From: Candidatus Hermodarchaeum yapensis
GTDB lineage: Archaea > Asgardarchaeota > Hermodarchaeia > Hermodarchaeales > Hermodarchaeaceae
Reading direction: 5' to 3'
Assembly: GCA_016840405.1 (NCBI GenBank)
Contig: JAEOSK010000020.1
Location: 1 to 47,983 of the forward strand
DNA length: 47,983 bases
Under the pieces are notes generated by a model that was not told the DNA's origin, did no database searches, and was given only the letters and a program-made list of their open reading frames with translations. Every line of letters begins with the position of its first letter. Within the stretch, counting starts at the first letter, position 1. This document shows positions 36,473-46,303 of this stretch, in pieces. Made by a program: the position numbers and the translations under genes.

Positions 36473-38365
36473 ATGGATGTCAACGAAGAACCACTTCCTG
36501 AACCGAAGAAAGGTGCATCTTTAGCTGAACTCTTACATGTATCTCTTCCGGCCGTAAGTCTCTATTTTGAACTGGCTACAGAACCTACAGCTTTTCCGAA
36601 GGATGAGATTAAGGAAAATCATGGTTTAACCATAAAGAAAGTGAATCAATATTTAGAGGAACTTCAAACTTGTGGACTGGTTCGCCGGAATCCGGATGAC
36701 ACCTTCGAAGCCGTCGCACCAATCGAAGCTGTCATGATTGCACTCACGCGAGTTCGAAACCTACTCCGTCAAATGCGGCAAGAATTCCCTGAAAAAATGG
36801 CTCACGGAATCCCCGGTATGCGCGATGACGCTCAAAAGAAAGTTGATGAACTTCCACTTCAAATGGATCGGTTACAGACCGACATTGATGGGTCCATGAG
36901 CAAAGTCTTTTTTGAGTTTCAAGAAAAAACCAAAACCCTTCGCCGAGCACCAAGCTTTGAGGCTTTTGCCGATAATCTGTATGCCGAACTCGTCGAAGAA
37001 GTGGACATGCTCATGATGGAAACTCGCAACCAGCTTAATGAATTCGAATCAATTGAAGCTTTCACCGCTGTCTTGAACAAGCTGAAAAACGATGTATTTG
37101 ATATCGTCAACATCTCCCTTTCAGATATGCGCGAAAAATCCTTTCGCCTTCATGAACTCGACACGTTTCGTGAAACGCTCGCAGAACTATGGAGCATCAC
37201 ACCCTCTGTCGTAGAAAGTCATCTGGCAGAATTCGAACAAGAAACAAGCACACTCGAAGCATCCCTAGGAGATCTCATGGAAACAAAGTATCGACTTGGA
37301 GCTTTCAAGGGTGTTATCGAGAATTTCACCAGGGACCACATCATGACCTCAGTGAAAAAGCTCAAAGAAAACTTCCAGACAGAGCTCACCGAGGCAATCC
37401 AAAACCACCTCAAGAATGCCCAAGACCGCTTTGAGGAAGTCTCTGTGGCTGCTCATAAGCAGTTTGAAAGTCTCAGAGAACAACTAGCTGATTGGGTGCG
37501 AAATGCTCTCGACTTAGCTTTCAATGAGGTAATTCAACGAAATCAGAAAGCAACCACAGACTTGGCGACACGATTAGAAACACTAACTCGTAGCATCCAA
37601 GAACGATTTGCCGCTGGCCTTGAAGTCTCTCTAGACAAAGTCAAATCCTCTGCACGAGAACTCGATTCAGAACTAATCAAGATACCTGAATTACTTGAAC
37701 AAGTACGGGGCAATGAAATCACTCCAAAACTCGAAGAAACCTTCACTCAAAGTGAACAACAGTTAACCCAACTCACCCGTGGGATACCGACAGCCTTCAA
37801 TGAATGGCGAACCAACTACCTTGACACCACAGAAAAACAGGTTAGCGCCATGCTCGAGGAAGCAGAAGGTCATCTTACAGTTGCCACACAAGGCATAGGG
37901 CTATTCTGGCAACGATCCAAAGAATCAGAACCCACCACCTTTGACCTCTACCAATTCGTTATTGGTGAAAAAGACTTCCAATCCTATGAAGCTAGCCTCA
38001 TTGCTCGTGCCCGCAGTCATCTCTACCTCATCCTCCCACGTGCCACTCGCATCAAAGCGAAACTCCTCAAAATGATCCCAAGTGAAGTCCGAGTACGCAT
38101 TGTTGTTACAGACTCACCGGAATCGAAATCCGTGAAAAGTATTCATAACGTTGCAGCCAAGAATCCAAACATCCAACTCCGTCATGATTCACGAGGTGAT
38201 ATTTGGGGCGTGATTCGAGACTTTGAAGAGATTCTTCTGGGGAATTCGTCTAGGGGCAAAGCCAACATTGTGGGGATTGCCTCCAGCCACGAGGACCATG
38301 TGGAACTACTCCGCTCAATTATGGAGACACGCTGGCTCCAAGCCCATAGCATTTCGAAGCCCTAA
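36473..38365 (+). CDS. TrmB-like protein: N-terminal wHTH, long coiled-coil, C-terminal PLD-like effector subdomain
   Basis: YLEELQTCGLV...FEAVAPIEA HTH end; ~380-aa helical region; LIARARSHLYLILP, VRVRIV, IRDFEEILLG. Confidence 0.75.
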   Translation: MDVNEEPLPEPKKGASLAELLHVSLPAVSLYFELATEPTAFPKDEIKENHGLTIKKVNQYLEELQTCGLVRRNPDDTFEAVAPIEAVMIALTRVRNLLRQMRQEFPEKMAHGIPGMRDDAQKKVDELPLQMDRLQTDIDGSMSKVFFEFQEKTKTLRRAPSFEAFADNLYAELVEEVDMLMMETRNQLNEFESIEAFTAVLNKLKNDVFDIVNISLSDMREKSFRLHELDTFRETLAELWSITPSVVESHLAEFEQETSTLEASLGDLMETKYRLGAFKGVIENFTRDHIMTSVKKLKENFQTELTEAIQNHLKNAQDRFEEVSVAAHKQFESLREQLADWVRNALDLAFNEVIQRNQKATTDLATRLETLTRSIQERFAAGLEVSLDKVKSSARELDSELIKIPELLEQVRGNEITPKLEETFTQSEQQLTQLTRGIPTAFNEWRTNYLDTTEKQVSAMLEEAEGHLTVATQGIGLFWQRSKESEPTTFDLYQFVIGEKDFQSYEASLIARARSHLYLILPRATRIKAKLLKMIPSEVRVRIVVTDSPESKSVKSIHNVAAKNPNIQLRHDSRGDIWGVIRDFEEILLGNSSRGKANIVGIASSHEDHVELLRSIMETRWLQAHSISKP

Positions 38366-38448
38366 GCTCGCGTAACCGACGCGCTTTTATCGAAAAGAAA
38401 ACAGAATTGCACCCAGAGACACCAAACCAAAGCTGAGTGCGATTTCAA

Positions 38449-39861
38449 GTGATAGTACGCAATATTATCGAAGAAATTGATAGAAAGTTTGACAAAACGC
38501 TTCAGCAAGTTCAAACGTTTCTTCGTCAACCAAGTATCAGTGGGACAGGAGCTGGCATTAACCAAACAATCCATCAAGTCTTAACCAAACTCGAATCACT
38601 TGGATTTGACGCAACAATCACTCCAACTCCCAGCAATCCCATACTATTCGGACAAAACCTCACCGCAGGAAAAAAAGCTTCTACAATGCTAATTCAAACA
38701 TCCATTGATGTCATGACCACGGACGGTGAAGCCCAATGGTCCGTGCCCCCCTTTTCAGCACAAATACAGGAACGGTCACAATTCGGACCCATTCTCATAG
38801 CACGGGGCGCTTATACACAGAAACCGGTACTCATGGCACTCCTCCAAACCCTCACAATTATCCAAGATGTCGGAGAAACCCTTCCCGTTAACCTCATTAT
38901 AGTTGTCGATAGCGAAGAGGAAAGCGGAAGTCCTAGCCTAACAGAATTTGTTCAAGCTCATAAAAAAGCAATAAAAAAAGCTCAAGCAGTTTATTATCCA
39001 CTTTTTGCCACGGATCGCCGAGGATTTGCCCGACTCTTTCTCGGCTCCAAAGGAATCGTCTTTTTACGGCTACATTGCCAAAGCCCCTCACTTCGTGACC
39101 TTCACTCCGCCGAAGCAGGATGGATACGTAATCCCGCTCATATCCTCACAAAAACCCTCTCCTCTCTGGTTGATATTCATGGACAACCATTAATTCCTGG
39201 GCTCCTCGACGATGTACAATCACCAACTAAGGATGATATACGCCTGCTGAATTTACTCGCAGAATCTTTTGATCCAGGAATTGCAGCCCTACAATTAGAA
39301 GCTAGCAATTTGACGATTGAAGCTGAGTCGAAACTTGATCTTCTTCGACGGTTCCTCTTTCAGCCCACTGTAAACATTTCAGGGATTCATACTGGATATG
39401 TGGGTGATTCTGCCAAGACGATTCTTCCAAACAAGGCTTCAGCACATGTCGATATCCGTCTCACACCCAATGAAAAGCCATCTCAAGTTCTACACGTTGT
39501 GAACGAACATATCAAAAATATCGGCATGGCAGAGTTCGTCAAGGTGGAACTAGGATATACAATGAACTGGGCAAAATCCAGTGACAACACTCCTATTGCC
39601 AAAGCTCTCATGAAGTCCTACTACGAGACTGGAGTTGACAATGTGGAAGTCTGGCCGATGTTCCCTTCCAGTGTTCCAATCTATGTTTATGCTGATCCAC
39701 CTCTGAGTAAACCATTTGTCATTGGTGGCCTCGGACACGGCGGCCATTCTCATGGTCGAGATGAATATGTCGTCGTCGAAGGCATTCGTCAATTCCAAAA
39801 AGGTTTCACTCACTTTCTCCACGAGTACAGCCGAATGCAAAGCAAAGGCACTGGCGGTTGA
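38449..39861 (+). CDS. M20/M25/M40 family metallo-hydrolase (dipeptidase-like), degenerate metal site
   Basis: RQPSISG, WSVPPF, ARGA, EEESGSPSL, GSKG, LHS, PTVNISG, HGRDE. Confidence 0.9.
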   Translation: MIVRNIIEEIDRKFDKTLQQVQTFLRQPSISGTGAGINQTIHQVLTKLESLGFDATITPTPSNPILFGQNLTAGKKASTMLIQTSIDVMTTDGEAQWSVPPFSAQIQERSQFGPILIARGAYTQKPVLMALLQTLTIIQDVGETLPVNLIIVVDSEEESGSPSLTEFVQAHKKAIKKAQAVYYPLFATDRRGFARLFLGSKGIVFLRLHCQSPSLRDLHSAEAGWIRNPAHILTKTLSSLVDIHGQPLIPGLLDDVQSPTKDDIRLLNLLAESFDPGIAALQLEASNLTIEAESKLDLLRRFLFQPTVNISGIHTGYVGDSAKTILPNKASAHVDIRLTPNEKPSQVLHVVNEHIKNIGMAEFVKVELGYTMNWAKSSDNTPIAKALMKSYYETGVDNVEVWPMFPSSVPIYVYADPPLSKPFVIGGLGHGGHSHGRDEYVVVEGIRQFQKGFTHFLHEYSRMQSKGTGG

Positions 39862-40661
39862 GCATGACACTCCGAGTCGAACTCCTAATTATCGGAAATG
39901 AAATTCTCTCAGGACATACATTGGATACAAATTCCCAATGGTTAGCTCAACGCCTTTTCGAACTAGCTCTACCGGTCAACCAGATACAAGTCATCGAAGA
40001 TAAAGTGGATCTCATTGCAATAGCAATACAAGAAAGTCAATTACGAGACACAACTGTACTAGTAACAAGTGGCGGGCTTGGCCCCACCTTCGACGACATC
40101 ACTGCTGAAGGTCTTGCTCAAGCCATAGGGAGTACACTTGAACTCCACCCTCTTGCACTAGAAATGGTAGCAAACCGCTATAAGACATTAAAATCGCAAA
40201 ACATCGTCGAAACAGAGGAAATCACACCTGCCCGGAAAAAGATGGCTCTACTACCTAAAGGCGCAACCCCACTCCCAAATTCTGTCGGTTCAGCACCTGG
40301 AATCGAGTTTCACTTTGGTCAAACTCAAATCTATTGCCTTCCAGGGGTCCCAGAAGAGCTATATGCCATGTTCATGGCGGCTGTTGCTCCAAAGATAGCA
40401 TCCCTAACAAACACGGTAGTCTTACAGGAAATAATTCAAGTACCTATCTTAGATGAATCAAAACTCGCACCCATTATCGATTCAGTGATGAACAATAAAA
40501 CAGGCATATACATCAAATCGCTTCCGCGCCCCTATCAATCTCGAAAGCCGTTGCGAGTAGCAATTACCGTTACTGCCAAGACTAAACGAAGGGCGAAATC
40601 ACAGTTAGAACAAGTAAGCAAGAATCTCCTAAAGATCACACAATCACACAGACAAACCTAG
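39858..40661 (+). CDS. CinA N-terminal-like (COG1058) molybdopterin-binding-fold protein
   Basis: IGNEILSGHTLDTNSQWLA, SGGLGPTFDDIT, NSVGSAPG, LPGVPEE. Confidence 0.92.
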   Translation: MSMTLRVELLIIGNEILSGHTLDTNSQWLAQRLFELALPVNQIQVIEDKVDLIAIAIQESQLRDTTVLVTSGGLGPTFDDITAEGLAQAIGSTLELHPLALEMVANRYKTLKSQNIVETEEITPARKKMALLPKGATPLPNSVGSAPGIEFHFGQTQIYCLPGVPEELYAMFMAAVAPKIASLTNTVVLQEIIQVPILDESKLAPIIDSVMNNKTGIYIKSLPRPYQSRKPLRVAITVTAKTKRRAKSQLEQVSKNLLKITQSHRQT

Positions 40662-40722
40662 CTTCGACTAGGCCTGCATAAGTTATAACAAGCAATGAAT
40701 GAATCAGCCGAAGGTTCTTTGA

Positions 40723-40932
40723 TTATTCATCAAGTTCTAAACCAAGTATTTCATCCAGCTTGCTCTCAGTTTTCTCTTCCAACTTGGAAAGGGCTTGATT
40801 GAGAAAATCCTTGATTGTGCGATTACTTTCGGGATGTTCGGCTTTCCAGGCGAGGAAAGAATTGATGAGTTCAAGTGCGTCAATTACACCCCGCATGTAA
40901 CGGGGGTCCATATTTTCAAATGGTGTTTCCAT
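40723..40932 (-). CDS. Small hypothetical helical protein
   Basis: 69-aa ORF from ATG 40932 (YMRGVIDALELI), preceded by AGGGTGG. Confidence 0.65.
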   Translation of the reverse strand: METPFENMDPRYMRGVIDALELINSFLAWKAEHPESNRTIKDFLNQALSKLEEKTESKLDEILGLELDE

Positions 40933-41209
40933 GAGTTCCACCCTATTAGTTGAACAACTCGATACCTGCTCTCTCGATTCCAGAGATTTAAAACTTCTCC
41001 CAGTCCCAAACCTAATTCTTACCATGCGAATAATCCGCAGTCATCACAAAAATTCTCACGAATAGAATATAGCACACAGACATTTTCGATTTCCTTGAAT
41101 TCCGATTTTACTAGGGGCTGGTCAACACACTACTTAAAAGAGTCCGAACAAGAGCCCTAGTAGAGGCAAATTCTCCTCGTGGAGCATGTAAGAAAGGGGA
41201 ATCGAGACC

Positions 41210-41692
41210 ATGCTCGATGAAAAAGACCGAAAGATACTACGTGAACTTGAGCGTGACTGCCGTCAACGAACCAACCAAATAGCCAAAGCTACAAACATCC
41301 CCGTGACAACCGTACACAATCGCATCAAAAAATTGTCAACCACCGGGCACATTGCGTCTTTTCGAGCTGTTCTAAGCCCCGAGAAATTAGACAAGCCTCT
41401 TGTTTCTTTTGTGTTCGTGTCCTTAAACCGAAATTCCGCTGAACAGAATGAATCCAAGACCGATAAAGAAATTATCTCAAAAATCGCATCCCACGCCGCT
41501 GTCCAAGAAGTACACACAGTCACTGGAGACTGGGACCTGCTCCTTAAAATCCGGGCAAAAGACATCGGAGAACTAGAAGGAATCATCACATCAGAACTCC
41601 GAGAACCCAAACTCATCGATCGAGCCCAAACCATCTGCGCCATGGCCACCTACAAAGAAACCACGAACTTAATTTATAATGGCGTTGGTTAA
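41210..41692 (+). CDS. Lrp/AsnC family transcriptional regulator
   Basis: LDEKDRKILREL...TTVHNRIKKL; EVHTVTGDWDLLLKI RAM domain. Confidence 0.95.
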   Translation: MLDEKDRKILRELERDCRQRTNQIAKATNIPVTTVHNRIKKLSTTGHIASFRAVLSPEKLDKPLVSFVFVSLNRNSAEQNESKTDKEIISKIASHAAVQEVHTVTGDWDLLLKIRAKDIGELEGIITSELREPKLIDRAQTICAMATYKETTNLIYNGVG

Positions 41693-41705
41693 AGAACACG
41701 CCAAA

Positions 41706-42305
41706 ATGAAACTCCTTTTTCTTGCCTCCAACTCTGAACGCCGTTCTACTCTCCTAACCCAACTAGGGCTCCAATTCCAAGTACTCTCCCCCATTGTCGA
41801 AGAAATCGAAATCTCAGCTGGAACCGATGCACAGATCATTAAAACAGTTGAAGACAACGCCCTCCGAAAAGTTCAATCAGTTCAATCAACCCAAGCTGGT
41901 CTCATCATTAGTGGCGATACACTCGTTGTCACTCGTGATAATCAGGTTCTAGGAAAACCCCAAACAGATGAAGAAGCATTTGATATGCTTCAACAACTCA
42001 ATGGAACTTGGCATCGTGTCATATCCGCAGTTGCCATAATTGATACAACCACCGAGAAATCATCAGTAAGCCATATCTGGAGTCGTGTACGTTTTCACAA
42101 CATGTCTATTGATGTTATACGACAGTACGTTTCCACAAACGAACCCATTGGCAAAGCGGGTGGATATGCAATTCAGGGAATAGGTGGGTTCCTCGTTGAA
42201 AAAGTCGAAGGCAGTTTCACAGCCGTTGTTGGAATGCCCTTCGAAATCCTAGTACCTCTCCTATCCGAGTTTGATGTACAAATCTGGCACTATTGGAAAT
42301 CTTAA
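41706..42305 (+). CDS. maf: Maf family nucleotide pyrophosphatase
   Basis: LASNSERR, SGDTLV, LGKP, KAGGYAIQG, VVGMP. Confidence 0.93.
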   Translation: MKLLFLASNSERRSTLLTQLGLQFQVLSPIVEEIEISAGTDAQIIKTVEDNALRKVQSVQSTQAGLIISGDTLVVTRDNQVLGKPQTDEEAFDMLQQLNGTWHRVISAVAIIDTTTEKSSVSHIWSRVRFHNMSIDVIRQYVSTNEPIGKAGGYAIQGIGGFLVEKVEGSFTAVVGMPFEILVPLLSEFDVQIWHYWKS

Positions 42306-42898
42306 GGGTTCGGTACAAAACTCGAAGCAATGAGATCTGCTACTCGAATGGGTTCTGGAATCCGACTCCGTGTTGCTGTTTTCTGTACGAGCTCAACAGT
42401 TTGCTCAAAGGATAATCCCGCCCATTGCACATACACCATTGCACGTCCCGGTCGAGATTCAACCGCTTTAATTGGTCCAGACTTCTCAAGCAAATCGTAC
42501 TTCTTTTTCCAAGAATCAGGATGAATCCGTTTGAATGCCTTTTTAACTCGTGCCATATCCGGTTTTGAATCCGAAACGGCAATCACGGGCAACCCGGTCG
42601 CCTGAAACAGGGTTGGGAGGTTCAAAACATTCGCTCCTGCTACAATCGTATCTCGGGTCATGATTACTCGTAATTGACCATAATGTGACGACGATTTCAC
42701 CATCTCTACAAGTCTATCCGTGGCATCATCACCATCCACTCGAATAGGAGTTTGTAAACAGCCCTCCATCCACTCACCTCCTCGAAAAACCACTCCAACT
42801 AGCCGTGTCCACTCATCGCGCCCACGATGAAACCGGGCATCATCTACACCCAAGATTCGAATTTCCCGCTTTACTGTCCGAATTTCCATCAAAATCAC
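42302..42898 (-). CDS. DUF99 family / endonuclease dU-like protein
   Basis: ILGVDD, VDGDDAT, LPVIAV, IPEPIRVADLIA. Confidence 0.9.
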   Translation of the reverse strand: MILMEIRTVKREIRILGVDDARFHRGRDEWTRLVGVVFRGGEWMEGCLQTPIRVDGDDATDRLVEMVKSSSHYGQLRVIMTRDTIVAGANVLNLPTLFQATGLPVIAVSDSKPDMARVKKAFKRIHPDSWKKKYDLLEKSGPIKAVESRPGRAMVYVQWAGLSFEQTVELVQKTATRSRIPEPIRVADLIASSFVPNP

Positions 42899-43065
42899 GC
42901 ACCTAGTCCATCAAACGAGCTCACAACCATACTTATGAAACTCAAAATATTAACCTTTCATCTAAACAAACCATATTATACTAAATCTAACCGTTTCACA
43001 TCAAAAAAAGGAACATCTATATACATCCATTCTCCCAAAACAGCGGAAAGCGGGGTTATTTGCTA

Positions 43066-43647
43066 ATGGCTTCTAGGAAGCGACCCAAAATTATTGAGGA
43101 TACAACTCTCGTACCAGTGAAACGAACGCGTGATCTCTCCAATAAACTCGCACTCCTGCCCAAGGACGAACTTGTTCTTCTCCGTCGCATCTACGACACT
43201 CCCGACGACCCTAAAGCTCAAACTATCATTTCACAAGTCCTTCTCGATGAATATTCACTTCAGGAACTCCGCCTTGCTCTTGCTGCACTCGACGGCGTCC
43301 ATGAACTCCCTCTTAGCGAAAAGCCACTCGGGTATGAAAATGTTAAACCCTGGCGTCCACCCGTAGAGCAACCCCCACTCCCACCCCAACGGATTTTCAC
43401 GCCCACAGATGAAACTCCTGCTCTCCCCTCTGCGAAGGCTACACAAGAAATTAGCGGGATACTCACCAGTATGCCCGCTTCAGATTTCCAATGGTTACTC
43501 GCACACGCCGGAGACCCTCAAGATTTTCGCTCGCGCTTGCTCATGGTGAAATATCGTCTTTTTAAATTCAATTGGGAGGATGTGACCGCAACGTTGGCTG
43601 CACTTCAGCGCACAATTCCTCCCAGCGAACCCGAAGAACCTCTCTAA
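43066..43647 (+). CDS. Hypothetical protein with two copies of a ~55-aa helical domain
   Basis: Two similar helical segments joined by a Pro-rich linker; paralog of next gene. Confidence 0.75.
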   Translation: MASRKRPKIIEDTTLVPVKRTRDLSNKLALLPKDELVLLRRIYDTPDDPKAQTIISQVLLDEYSLQELRLALAALDGVHELPLSEKPLGYENVKPWRPPVEQPPLPPQRIFTPTDETPALPSAKATQEISGILTSMPASDFQWLLAHAGDPQDFRSRLLMVKYRLFKFNWEDVTATLAALQRTIPPSEPEEPL

Positions 43648-43733
43648 TCCATTCCTACGCGGGTTTCATTCAAAACGGGAAGAAATTTAGCTAACCATTT
43701 TAATAATTAATCAATGAGTGAGGAGGGTTTCAC

Positions 43734-44354
43734 ATGGTTCTGAATAGGAACCGTCCCCCATACGTTTTATCGAAACGCGTTAAGGTGCACCGGGCAAAAG
43801 CACTCTCAGACCAATTAGCAAACCTCAGGAGCGATGATTTACGCCTCCTCAGACGATTTATTCGCGACCCCAAAGAGCCCGGGATCCAACAAATTCTCGC
43901 TAAACCCGTCCTTGCCGAATTCACCATTCAGGAATTACAGGTCGCGTTAGCCATGCTAAGTGGCGTCGGAGAACTCCCTCCCACCCAACAATTGCCACCG
44001 GCTGGAACTGTCCAATTAGGCTCACCTGTGCGTCCAACTAAACGCATAATCTCTCCTGAATTCAGCTTCATCAGCGATCACAACTGGCAAATGCCATCCC
44101 GACTCTCCCCCGAAATAGCCCAACGTCTTGAAAAAATACCTGAAGATGAATTTCTTTGGCTTGCTCAACATCTCAGACACCCCAGTGATGCCCGAACCCG
44201 GTTCATCATGATTCGCTATCACCTGTATCGCTACCCGCCAGAAGATTTGGCATCCACCATGGCCACGCTCATCCGACTCAAACGCCAAGGCCGCCGAGTT
44301 ACCAAGAAAACGCGCTCAAGACGGATGTCACTGTCCTCTCCCAAATTCCATTAA
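43734..44354 (+). CDS. Hypothetical protein, tandem paralog of 43066-43647
   Basis: LLRR...QELQVALAMLSGVGELP vs LLRR...QELRLALAALDGVHELP; RBS GAGGAGG. Confidence 0.8.
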   Translation: MVLNRNRPPYVLSKRVKVHRAKALSDQLANLRSDDLRLLRRFIRDPKEPGIQQILAKPVLAEFTIQELQVALAMLSGVGELPPTQQLPPAGTVQLGSPVRPTKRIISPEFSFISDHNWQMPSRLSPEIAQRLEKIPEDEFLWLAQHLRHPSDARTRFIMIRYHLYRYPPEDLASTMATLIRLKRQGRRVTKKTRSRRMSLSSPKFH

Positions 44355-44433
44355 GATAAGCACTTGGATTTTGCAAGCACTTTTAACTCACCCTATGTGA
44401 ATTCATTACCAGACCAAGACTAGGTGAAACACC

Positions 44434-45696
44434 TTGGAACAAATCCCCTGTGACGAACCCAACCCATACCAGGTGGCCTGTCAACAACTCGATATTGTCG
44501 CAGCCCACATGAAACTCGACCCCGATATCCTTGAACTCCTCAAACACCCCAAGCGTACTCTCATCGTCTCCATCCCCGTGAGGATGGACAATGGACATAT
44601 CAAAGTCTTCACCGGAATGCGCATCCAACACTTAGATGCCTTCGGACCCTTCAAAGGTGGAATCCGATACCACCCCGAAGTATGCCTCGACGAGGTAAAA
44701 GCCCTCGCAATCTGGATGTCCATAAAATGTGCCGTCGTGGGGCTTCCATACGGAGGAGCAAAAGGCGGTATTATCTGTAATCCAAAAGAAATGAGTGAAT
44801 CCGAACTTGAACATATGACCCGACGATTCACGCATGAAATCATCGATATCATCGGTCCATACCGGGATGTCCCCGCTCCCGATGTCTACACCTCAGCTCG
44901 AGAGATGGCCTGGATCTACGACACTTACTCAGAAGCCAAAGGATTTGCGATACCCGAAATAGTAACCGGAAAACCCATTTCAGTTGGTGGAAGCCTGGGG
45001 CGCCGTGAAGCCACCAGCCGTGGAACCGTGATTTCAGTTCGAGAAGCCGCAAAACGCATGAAACTGGATTTGAAGAATGCGACCGTTGCCATCCAAGGCT
45101 TTGGCAAAGTTGGCTACCACGCCGCAACCCTTATTTCTGAATACGGATGCAAAATCGTCGCTGTCAGTGATTCACGAGGAGGTATTTACAATCCCAAGGG
45201 ATTTGACCCCAAAGAAGTGAAGAAGCACAAGCAAAAAACCGGATCTGTTGTCGGATTCCAAGGCACCAAGAAGGTCACCAATGAAGAACTCCTTGAACTT
45301 CCTGTTGACATTCTAATCCCTGCTGCTCTGGAAAATCAAATCCTCGCGGGCAATGCGCCCCGCATAAAAGCGAAAATCATTGGCGAAGGGGCGAATGGTC
45401 CCACCACACCAGAAGCTGATGAGATCCTCTACAAGAACGGTGTCTTTGTTGTCCCAGACATTCTAGCCAATGCCGGCGGTGTAACTGTCAGCTACATGGA
45501 ATGGGTTCAAAACCTCACCCGGGAATCTTGGACCGAAGACGAAGTCAACAACAAACTCGAAGACCGAATGGTCGCTGCCTTCGACGAAGTCTACAAAGTC
45601 CACCAACAAGAAAAAGTCCATATGCGAACCGCCGCTTACATCGTCGCTCTCAAACGCATCGCAGAAGCTATCACAGACCGCGGAATCTTTCCCTAG
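44434..45696 (+). CDS. gdhA: Glutamate dehydrogenase
   Basis: GPFKGGIRYHP, GGAKGG, DVPAPD, VTGKP, IQGFGKVG, EGANGP, NAGGVTVSY. Confidence 0.96.
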   Translation: MEQIPCDEPNPYQVACQQLDIVAAHMKLDPDILELLKHPKRTLIVSIPVRMDNGHIKVFTGMRIQHLDAFGPFKGGIRYHPEVCLDEVKALAIWMSIKCAVVGLPYGGAKGGIICNPKEMSESELEHMTRRFTHEIIDIIGPYRDVPAPDVYTSAREMAWIYDTYSEAKGFAIPEIVTGKPISVGGSLGRREATSRGTVISVREAAKRMKLDLKNATVAIQGFGKVGYHAATLISEYGCKIVAVSDSRGGIYNPKGFDPKEVKKHKQKTGSVVGFQGTKKVTNEELLELPVDILIPAALENQILAGNAPRIKAKIIGEGANGPTTPEADEILYKNGVFVVPDILANAGGVTVSYMEWVQNLTRESWTEDEVNNKLEDRMVAAFDEVYKVHQQEKVHMRTAAYIVALKRIAEAITDRGIFP

Positions 45697-45789
45697 TAAC
45701 CCTTCTTTTAGAAACCATAGGAAAAACTTCGAAGAAGGGAAACGCCTCTAAGTTGATAAACCTGAATTACTAACAATACTCAGATTGGG

Positions 45790-46287
45790 GTGAAGATTTC
45801 CTTGTTGGCACAGTGGTATCAGGGGTATGAGCTAATATCTTGGATAGCCGGGTTAATCATTGTAGGAGCAGCAGCTGTAATTTGTGCCTATGCCATTAGA
45901 GATGTCATGAAGCGAACCAAGGAACCGGATGACTTTTCCCACAAACAACGACCCTTCTACACCCGACCAGCTCGCACAAGGACCAGAACAACTTCTATAG
46001 ATCAGACCATTCAACTAGCCATGTGCCCTGAATGTGAAGCCACCATCCTGGCTGAAGCCACCATATGTCCCCATTGCGGTTCACCCCGCCCTATCTGCAT
46101 GGTTTGCCATCATCCCATAGAGTTTGCTGACGCCGTTCTCATCTGCCCACATTGCCAAGGACAAGCCCACCGTATTCATATCCTCGAGTACCTGAAAGTA
46201 AAAGGGTCTTGCCCCAACTGTCAAGCAGATCTCGACGAATTCGAACTAATCCCAAAGATGAATCTCGACGAGCCAGATGAGAAATGA
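45790..46287 (+). CDS. Membrane-anchored zinc-ribbon plus RING-finger-like protein
   Basis: TM helix; CPEC/CPHC; CMVC-x11-CPHC-x4-HRIH-x10-CPNC. Confidence 0.8.
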   Translation: MKISLLAQWYQGYELISWIAGLIIVGAAAVICAYAIRDVMKRTKEPDDFSHKQRPFYTRPARTRTRTTSIDQTIQLAMCPECEATILAEATICPHCGSPRPICMVCHHPIEFADAVLICPHCQGQAHRIHILEYLKVKGSCPNCQADLDEFELIPKMNLDEPDEK

Positions 46288-46303
46288 GGCGTGCGGTTTT
46301 GGG

